Shown: piece after piece, positions 1 to 6,678 of the stretch
Numbering within the stretch: the stretch's first letter is position 1
How the letters are laid out: every line of letters starts with the position of its first letter
Origin: Octopus sinensis
Taxonomy: Eukaryota
Direction: 5' to 3'
Assembly (NCBI RefSeq): GCF_006345805.1
Contig: NW_021828691.1
Coordinates: 1-7,897 of the forward strand
Length of the DNA: 7,897 nucleotides
Made by a program: the position numbers and the translations under genes
The notes under the pieces: generated by a model
Told to the model about the DNA's origin: nothing
Seen by the model: the letters and a program-made list of their open reading frames with translations, nothing else
Databases searched by the model: none

Positions 1-22
1 TACCACACAGCCACTATGCGCC
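1..22 (-). mobile_element. 5' end (A-box region) of a tRNA-derived SINE that continues off the left edge of the window
   Basis: Reverse complement reads GGCGCATAGTGGCTGTGTGGTA, containing an A-box-like TGGCTGTGTGG. It resembles my recollection of the start of an abundant octopus SINE. Only 22 bp are visible. Confidence 0.5.
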
Positions 23-93
23 TATATATATTATATATATTATATATATGTATTGTATATATATAATATATATATATATATCATATATATATC

Positions 94-120
<27 letters not shown>
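23..120. repeat. Interrupted (TA)n microsatellite
   Basis: Directly visible TA dinucleotide run with occasional interruptions. Confidence 0.95.

Positions 121-159
<39 letters not shown>
121..159. repeat. (TAT)n microsatellite, about 13 units
   Basis: Directly visible tattattatt... run abutting the TA repeat. Confidence 0.95.
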
Positions 160-161
<2 letters not shown>

Positions 162-216
162 TTTCAATGTATTGTGTTGAAAATTATATACTTTCAGTCC
201 GCCCTCTGTTTACAGT

Positions 217-345
217 TACACACACATACATATATATACAAAGAAATATATCATCCTGCACACATTCATTCATTCATATATACACCTATATATACATACT
301 CACATACATACACGCATACATGCACACATGCACACATACGTATAT
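217..345. repeat. Degenerate CA/TA/CATA low-complexity tract
   Basis: Mosaic of cacaca, catata, cattcatt and catgca units. Confidence 0.8.
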
Positions 346-657
346 GACCTTATTTCACAACCTCCTACATATATATTCTTTTTGTTTTGTGTTGTGTTTC
401 TGTAACTTGTTTCTTGCTGTCCCACTAGCAACACCCTCACCCCCGCCTCCCTTTCAAAACAGACACTTTAATGATAATAAGCGCTGGGGGTGGCGAACGT
501 GGGTGGTGTGTGTATTTATCGAAATGTTAGCAAACAATCATTTCAAAGTAGGATGAATGAAATCTTTTAGGAATTTCTGGGTCAATATTTGGCAGTTGGA
601 CAATCTACATGATAACTCATTAGAATTGTATTACAAAGATCTCCGTAAGTCACACAG

Positions 658-1600
658 TTTTCTTTAAACTCAGGATTTGCTGTCATTTGAATGGTTGATA
701 TTGACAGCTGGTGTGTTTCCTAGATAGGACACCAGGGTGTATAGTAGGTAGGACCTATAAGGAAAGGGTTCAGCCAGTACATCGGTACGAGAACAGAGTG
801 GGTAATGAATAGGTTCCACGCTAAAGACAAAAGAACCCACGTTAGAGAGGGAGTAAGAATGGCCCTCAAAAAGATCGTCTTCAGCCTTAAAATTTTTTTT
901 ATCAGAGGTCCTGATGGTTGTTAAAGGTCTAGAAACTAAATATTTATATATACATCCTCCACTTGCTTTCGAACGCGGAGATGAGCGATATCACTTGCAA
1001 AAGTCCTTCAGCTCTACAAACTCGTCAAGACAATTATCCGAACCGTGAAGGATGCCTCCATCCATTGCAAAGCCTGCAAAATCACTTACCTTTCAAACTA
1101 TAGCCGACTCTTTGGGTCCGTTGCTAAAAATATTCCTGCCAACATGATAGAATCCTTCTTCACAACTAGGACAGTTCTGTTTGCATTACTCTCACAGAGA
1201 AATCTTCTTCATTTGAAACTCCTTTTTCATTCAGTTCTTCCTTGTACACAATAAATAAAGCACTTCTCAAATCATCCCTTTCCACTGCACCATCCTCAGT
1301 ATACACCCAACAAATACACGCCAAGTGCAATAATATTTCCGTTCGCTTCAAACCGGTGTGGCCACACAACTGACGATGCCTCTTCTGTTATCCTCAACTC
1401 TTCGTCCAGCAAAGAACCCACCCCAGAAACAATGCTCTCCATCCTCTACAAACTCTCCAAAGTTGTTCTTCCTTCCCTCCAATCTCTCTCCCCGTACGTA
1501 TTTCAATCATTGGAAGTACGCTGTCAAATTACTGTCAGAGCACAGCGAATTCACCTCTCACCTGCAACAATGGCTCACCTGGTTTAAATGACAGTAAAGC
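658..1600 (-). mobile_element. Decayed 3' fragment of a non-LTR retrotransposon, probably L1/Tx1 clade (ORF2 C-terminus plus 3' UTR)
   Basis: The minus strand is purine-rich over ~950-1600. Across frameshifts it gives collinear pieces DDLRSALFIVYKEEL ... ANRT/CPSCEEGFYH ... WQEYF*Q..RVG ... EFVE ... MYI*, resembling the zf-RVT (CxxC..H) region and C-terminus of Tx1-like ORF2 as I recall them. A pyrimidine-rich 3' UTR-like stretch (~660-930) follows, ending in a degenerate A-rich end (TTTAAAGAAAA). Many stops and frameshifts; the family call is from memory and the 5' boundary is approximate. Confidence 0.5.
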
Positions 1601-1636
1601 AAGCTTTACAGTGGAATCACTAGCCACTGTTTACAG

Positions 1637-1831
1637 AAGGGCTAAACACAGAGAGGACAAACAAGGACAGATTATATCGAGCCCAGTGCGTAACTGGTAC
1701 TTATTTAATTGACCCCGAAAGGATGAAAGGCAAAGTCGACCGTGGCGGAATTTGAACTCAGAACGTAACGGCAGACGAAATGTCGCTAAACATTTCGCCC
1801 GGCGTGCTAACCATTCTGCCAGCTCGCCGCC
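1637..1831 (-). mobile_element. tRNA-derived SINE, 5'-complete head unit ('unit A'), tail type 1
   Basis: Reverse complement starts GGCGGCGAGCTGGCAGAATGGTTAGC (A-box region) and has B-box GAGTTCAAATTCC. The body GTCGACTTTGCCTTTCATCCTTTCGGGGTC is shared with other copies in the window. It carries a ~16-bp internal deletion near 1670. Possibly one of the tRNA-Arg-related octopus OR1/OR2 SINEs (not verified). Confidence 0.9.
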
Positions 1832-1839
1832 TTTAAGCA

Positions 1840-2054
1840 GTGGGTAGTAAAGTGGGTAGTAATGAAATAAGTATTTCGTCTGCCGTTACGTTCTGAGTTC
1901 AAATTCCGCCGAGGTCGACTTTGCCTTTCACCCTTTCGGGGTCGATAAATTAAGTACCAGTTACGCACTGGGGTCGATGTAATTGACTTAATCCCTTTGT
2001 CTGTCCTTGTTTGTCTCCTCTATGTTTATCCCTTTGTGGGCAATAAAGAAATAA
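1840..2054 (+). mobile_element. SINE tail remnant (with 12-bp duplication) plus headless SINE body ('unit B'), tail type 1
   Basis: GTGGGTAGTAAA GTGGGTAGTAAT GAAATAA is followed by GTATTTCGTCTGCCGTTACGTTCTGAGTTCAAATTCC...GTGGGCAATAAAGAAATAA. Highly similar to the units at 3994-4550. B-box present, A-box absent. Confidence 0.92.
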
Positions 2055-2255
2055 GAAACGTTGGCATGTCGGGCAAATTCTTAATGGCATTTCGTCCGTC
2101 TTCATGTTCTCAGTTCAAATTCGGCTGAGGTCGACTTTGCTTTTCATCCTTTCGAGGTTGATAAATTAAGTACCAATAAAACACTGGGGTCGATATAACG
2201 GACTTAACCCCTCCTCCGAAATTACTGGCCTTATACCAAAATTTGAAACCAATAA
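2055..2255 (+). mobile_element. More diverged SINE unit ('unit C'), second subfamily with tail type 2, fused directly to unit B
   Basis: Starts at GAAACGTTGGCA, just inside the head, and has B-box-like CAGTTCAAATTC. It shares the diagnostic GTCTTCATGTTCT and the tail ...CCAAAATTTGA with the copy at 5504. Confidence 0.85.
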
Positions 2256-2586
2256 TAAACTACAAACAAACACAAATCCCCGCCCCACGCTGTCTAAAAT
2301 CCCCCCCCCTCCCCAACCACCGACACAATGAAACAATAATAGGAAAACTAAAAGATTACACAGGAGACAGAGTTTATTGCCGCAGTAAGCTTCAACTGAC
2401 AGGGTCCCAGGCATTACATAAGAACCGCCTCCAAACAACCAGATACACATGTACAACACGCCATGCAATATTACAACATCTTAAACACATTATCTCTTAC
2501 CAATTAGTGCAGACAATCAAAAACACTCACAGAAATAACTGTAACAGGCAGAGTGTCACTCGTTCCTGACACTCTACTAGGCAGTC

Positions 2587-2660
2587 GGGGGGGGGGGACG
2601 GACTAAAAGAACAGAGAGAGGGGTGGAGGGAGAGGGGGAGAGAGAGAGAGAGAGAGAGAG
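2587..2660. repeat. G11 tract followed by G/A-rich and (GA)n repeat
   Basis: G run at 2587-2597, G-rich 2620-2638, (GA)n at 2639-2660. Confidence 0.9.
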
Positions 2661-2819
2661 TGCAACATGTTCAGACATTTACTTGACACTTAATGCAAAT
2701 TTATCTCTTGTCAGTGTTTAGTGTGGTCAACAGTGGGGTCGTGGGGAGATTGTGAACCAGAAGAAAGGTATCTGGGAGTTGCATCTCACCGTTCTGCCGT
2801 CTTTCTGAGTGAGCACCAT

Positions 2820-2860
2820 TAGGATTGCTCGATCTAGGCTGACCTGTTGCTAACAACAAC
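2820..2860 (+). mobile_element. Possible short 3'-tail fragment of a retroposon ending in (AAC)n
   Basis: AGGCTGACCTGTTGCTAACAACAAC resembles AGGCTGAATTGGTCTAAACAGC near 3262-3283 and a repeat 3' end I recall from octopus. Short and diverged. Confidence 0.3.
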
Positions 2861-3119
2861 GAGTAAACTACGGGAGCATCTACAACAGAGATGGCGGACC
2901 TTTATATAACCAGGAGTGATTTACAAGTGAATAATGCCTATGGGAAGTGTCTCTGCTGAAATATTAGTTAATCTTTCGTTTATTAAGTTATAGGTTACCA
3001 GCTTATATTAAATTATTGCTTTGGTGTTGAAGGCTTAACCGTATTTTACATATATGTGTGTTTTATGAGAAACTCTGTGAGCGAGCGATTTTATGTTGGA
3101 AAAAGGGTGAAGTGTCGCG

Positions 3120-3283
3120 ACACTTTACACCACTGCTCAACCTGCTAGAAATAGCAACTAGTTTTCCCTGACAATGTTTTTAGGGAATGAAGGACACATT
3201 GACCAAAAATATGCAGGTATGTCACGGTTGAAACGCCTTTTATCATGTTTCTGAACAATAGAGGCTGAATTGGTCTAAACAGC
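3120..3283 (+). mobile_element. Decayed interspersed repeat (third family); other fragments at 5458-5474 and 7856-7867
   Basis: ACCTGCTAGAAATAGCA (3140-3156) matches ACCTGCTTGAAATAACA (5458-5474) at 15/17. TAGAAATAGCAA recurs exactly at 7856-7867. The downstream AAGGACACATT...GTCACGGTTG resembles a recalled octopus repeat. Confidence 0.4.
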
Positions 3284-3395
3284 CCCATCATTACCATCGC
3301 CACCATCTCCATCACCCCTTTCCTACATTATCAACACAACTCCCGTCACCCTCAGCATCACACTACTATCACCATCGCAACAATAACAACAACCA
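3284..3395. repeat. Degenerate CAT/CAC/AAC trinucleotide low-complexity tract
   Basis: Mosaic such as catcattaccatcgccaccatctccatcacc...caataacaacaacc. Confidence 0.75.
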
Positions 3396-3946
3396 ATACT
3401 AGTCACAAAATATTTCTTTCAGTGATTTTCCGTCAGATATGAAGGCAAGGAATTTGCCTTATCATTCTCACCGATCTAGGAGGACCTTTAAAGGTAAAGA
3501 GTATTACCTTGCTCCACTGAGTAACATATAAGATATTAAGATTATAGAAAAGAATTGTGCTGGAGAAAAGTCTCACGTCTGAATGGATTTCACTGAAACA
3601 TGATCTGCTGGCAGCATTAACTACGGCTGAACATGTAACGTCAACCAACTTCCTTGCCACACTGTAATATATCCTCAGAAAGAAGTATTTGATTAAGAAA
3701 TTTCTTAATTAAACACGAATGTTTCGTTACAAGGGTAAAGAAACAAATCTAATAATTGAGGTCCTTCGCCCTTTGTCCAAGTGCATTAACAAAATCATTG
3801 AACTAAAGCAGCGATTTAATCAAAAGCCCGCTCGTTAATTCAATTATTCCATAATTTTCATCCAAACCTAGATACGCTTTTAATCTTTTTGTTTTAATTA
3901 TAAATACTTAAACCGATAAAACCGAGTAGAAATTTAGTACAGTAAA

Positions 3947-4550
3947 GGCGACGAGCTGGCAGAAACATTAGCACGCCGAGCGAAATGCTTAGCGGTATTT
4001 CGTCTGCGTTACGTTGTGAGTTCAAATTCCGTCGAGGTCGACTTTGCCTTTCATCCTTTCATCCTTCGGGGTCGATAAATTAAGTACCAGTTACGCACTG
4101 GGGTCGATCTAATCGACTTAATCCCTTTGTCTGTCCTTGTTTGTCCTCTCTGTGTTTAGCCCCTTGTAGGTAGTAAAGAAATAGGTATTTCGTCTGCGGT
4201 ACGTTCTGAGTTCAAATTCCGCGGGGGTCGACTTTGCCTTTTATCCTTTCGCGGGTCGATAAATAAAGTACCAGTTACGCACTGGGGTCGATCTAATCGA
4301 CTTAATCCGTTTGTCTGTCCTTGTTTGTTGTCTGTGTTTAGCCCCTTGTGGGTAGTAAAGAAATAGGTATTTCGTCTGTGGTTACGTTCTGAGTTCAAAT
4401 TCGGTCGAGGTCGACTTTGCCTTTTATCCTTTCGGGGTCGATAAATTAAGTACCAGTTACCCACTGGGGTCGATCTAATCGACTTAATCCGTTTCTCTGT
4501 CCTTGTTTGTCCCCTCTATGTTTAGCCCCTTGTGGGCAATAAAGAAATAA
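3947..4550 (+). mobile_element. SINE trimer: 5'-complete head plus three tandem bodies (3994-4183, 4184-4365, 4366-4550) within one target-site duplication
   Basis: The head GGCGACGAGCTGGCAGAAACATTAGC is present once. Each body has B-box GAGTTCAAATTC. Both junctions read GTAGTAAAGAAATA|GGTATTTCGTCTG. The flanks AAATTTAGTACAGTAAA (3930-3946) and AAATTTAGCACAGCAGTAAA (4549-4568) differ by one substitution and a CAG duplication. Confidence 0.95.
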
Positions 4551-4617
4551 ATTTAGCACAGCAGTAAAGGTGCTGGTGGTGGGAATAGTAATATACAAGA
4601 CTAAATGCAGAAATACA

Positions 4618-4690
4618 CACGTTCTGAGTTCAAATCTTGCTAACGTCAACGTCGTGTGTGATGGTTGACTGTGTACCAGTTATACACTGG
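4618..4690 (+). mobile_element. Degenerate, internally deleted SINE fragment
   Basis: ACGTTCTGAGTTCAAAT (B-box) and GTACCAGTTATACACTGG match the SINE body; the sequence between them is diverged. Confidence 0.6.
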
Positions 4691-5503
4691 TAACGGACAA
4701 AGAAAATGAAAGGTTGAAATAGTTATTAGAGGAGGGCGGAGAGGTAACAGTGTTGTTCAGTTATCCCTTTACATTCTATGGTTAACCCTTCCCCGCTCGC
4801 TAAACATAAGTACCAGTTATACACAATTTTCGATTAATTCTTTCGAAATATTGCTGAACTATTTTTAAAATCATTAACATAAGCATAGTCGCATCACCGA
4901 ATACTGGGTCTTTGGAAGTGTGTCACCGTCCAGTCAAGTAACGCCTGTTAATTCACCATTGTTAAAAACCAGAGATCTTTTAATAAGAGAACATGGCATA
5001 CGTACCGCGAGTCAAACGATCAAGAAACGATTCTTGTAGTAGATAATTTTATCCTGTAATCTAGTTTGATGTATCGTGAGTCGGTGCTCAAGTCCAATCG
5101 AGGTTGACTAACGCATTAGCCTTACCTTGGTTCATAGACTGTGTCGCAGTCGTAAATGTAGCTGACGGCAAGGACTGAAACATGTAACCCATGCAAATTT
5201 TGAGGTCGACGAACCAACAGAGAGGTCTGTAGGCCAAAGATAGGGAAACCCTTGTCTACATTCAAATCTCAAATTACCAGCAGACGAAGTATCCAAAACT
5301 TGTTTTCATAAAAATTTAATTTACAAAAATTTGTAAAATTAAGGATGCATTAGTTGTCCCTGCACGAGTGTGAACCCTTAGATTCTTATCCAAATACAGT
5401 CCACTCCTGTTGAATACACCGTAGAAATTCCCCGCTCACGCTTTATCTCATCTTTTGACCTGCTTGAAATAACAGCCAAATCATTTACGACTATAAGTAG
5501 TAA

Positions 5504-5712
5504 GGCGGCGAGTTGACAGAACCGTTAGGAAAAATGCTTAACTGCATTTCGTCTGTCTTCATGTTCTGAGTTCAAATTCCATCGAGGTCGACCTTACCTT
5601 TCATTCTTTCGAAGGTCGATAAAATCAGTAGCAGTTAAACACAGGGGTCGATGTAATCGACTGTCCCCTTCCACGGAGTTGCTGACTTTGTGCCAAAATT
5701 TGAGATTAATAT
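5504..5712 (+). mobile_element. Monomeric SINE, second subfamily (tail type 2), with 12-bp target-site duplication
   Basis: Head GGCGGCGAGTTGACAGAACCGTTAG (partly deleted), B-box GAGTTCAAATTCC, tail TTGTGCCAAAATTTGAG. The flanks TATAAGTAGTAA (5492-5503) and TATAAGTGGTAA (5715-5726) match at 11/12. Confidence 0.9.
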
Positions 5713-6003
5713 CTTATAAGTGGTAAACAGACATTATGAATAAAGGGTGGGAATCGGAGTTGAAGTGAGGCTGACCGACAACTTTGGGGTAGTGACAGTT
5801 AGGTAGAGAAAAGAAGGGCTTTCACAGATTGACCCCATCGACAAATTTGAACATGCAACAACTGGTTGTATGTGTACAGATGTACACCTATGTAGGTGGA
5901 CGTGTTTATATAATTCTTCACAATGCGAAAAGAAACTAGTAAAAATTGGTTATCAGTTTCACGTGATGTGTTGGTGTAGTCTATGGAAGAAGGCAAAACC
6001 GAA

Positions 6004-6312
6004 TGGCGCAGAAGTTCGCTTTGCAGATCTGAGGGTTTGGGATCGAACCTATTGCATTGTGTCTTCGACAAGCGCATTCCACCATAGTTTCGGATTGATC
6101 CAAAATTTGTAAATGAAATTCAACAAAAGGAAACTGTGTGGAAGCCTACCAGATGACATGTAACTATGATTCACAAAGGCGGGTTCTCTCACGTGATGAA
6201 TGTGCTTGAGAGCTACATTGAAGGTATGCGTGACTGTGGAATACTCAGCGCTTACTTAATAATTCATTGACTGGACAATTGTAATATTCGTCGTCGAGTC
6301 TGACGGAAAACT
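6004..6312 (+). mobile_element. Old, diverged tRNA-derived SINE of a different family
   Basis: A degenerate A-box TGGCGCAGAAG (6004) and B-box-like GGGATCGAACC (6039-6049) occur at tRNA-like spacing. The downstream GGAAACTGTGTGGAAGCC and GTGGAATACTCAGC...CGTCGTCG segments resemble recalled octopus SINE bodies. Boundaries approximate. Confidence 0.5.
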
Positions 6313-6486
6313 TATTCATTTCCGTCTTCTCTTATAAATACAACTGAAGACAGCAGGGAATAGTGTGATGAAGGTTTTGGTTTCGAAATCAGGAAGACGA
6401 TTCGCGGGCTGGTTCATGATTATATTGGTAGGTATATATCCATTCTTCCCCCCCCACCCCCACCCGCACACATATATTTGTTGAGA

Positions 6487-6609
6487 GACAAACAGACAGA
6501 TACATACATACATACATGCATACATACATACATACATACATACATACATACATACATACATACATACATGCATACATACATACATAGACAGACAGACAGA
6601 CAAGCAGTC

Positions 6610-6678
<69 letters not shown>

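Noticed and set aside
48-556. ORFs 48-347 and 53-556 with poly-I/L and IY repeats
   Set aside because: They are stop-free translations of (TA)n, (TAT)n and CA-rich microsatellites, with no coding signal.
990-1635. Plus-strand reading as an I-clade LINE RT/RNase H fragment (LQLYKLVKTIIRTV..., FTVESLA)
   Set aside because: The motif resemblance is loose and not consistently collinear. The minus strand gives a better ordered zf-RVT, C-terminus, 3' UTR and A-rich end series. It remains an alternative until an HMM search is run.
2693-2960. U6/7SK-type Pol III gene (octamer about 210 bp upstream of a TATA)
   Set aside because: There is no convincing PSE, and the downstream sequence does not resemble U6, 7SK or another snRNA I know.
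3110-3163. Helitron 3' end (palindrome followed by CTAG|T), and similarly hairpin plus CTAG at 2550-2580
   Set aside because: Hairpin-to-CTAG spacing is atypical (~30 nt and ~1 nt), the second site is not followed by T, and no 5' TC terminus or other copy is identifiable.
3423-3492. Possible exon (TTTCAG| ... AAAG|GTAAAG) encoding DFPSDMKARNLPYHSHRSRRTFK
   Set aside because: The splice signals are plausible but common by chance, the peptide is unrecognised and there are no supporting neighbouring exons.
3947-4035. Functional tRNA gene
   Set aside because: A- and B-boxes are present, but the anticodon arm is over-extended with a 6-nt loop, there is no clean cloverleaf, and the sequence continues into SINE body.
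3947-4183. Self-cleaving ribozyme (HDV-like or hammerhead) inside the SINE unit, which would make the array a retrozyme
   Set aside because: There is no CUGANGA...GAAA core on either strand. The (G/A)GCGAAATG motif superficially recalls HDV, but I could not build the P1/P2/P3 nested pseudoknot. A covariance-model search would be needed to exclude it fully.
3947-4550. CRISPR-like or satellite interpretation of the tandem array
   Set aside because: Units are homologous along their whole ~185 bp length, with no unique spacers and no cas genes. They carry Pol III boxes, dispersed copies and a TSD.
4156-4649. Minus-strand ORFs with repeated PRKDKRQSRP / GLSRLDRPQ peptides
   Set aside because: They are antisense read-through of tandem SINE units.
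5316-5342. AT-rich inverted repeat TTTACAAA-AA-TTTGTAAA
   Set aside because: Expected by chance at this base composition.
6343-6405. Hammerhead-like words CTGAAGA and TGATGA...CGAAA
   Set aside because: C3 is missing before TGATGA, stem II is poor and no stem I partner exists.
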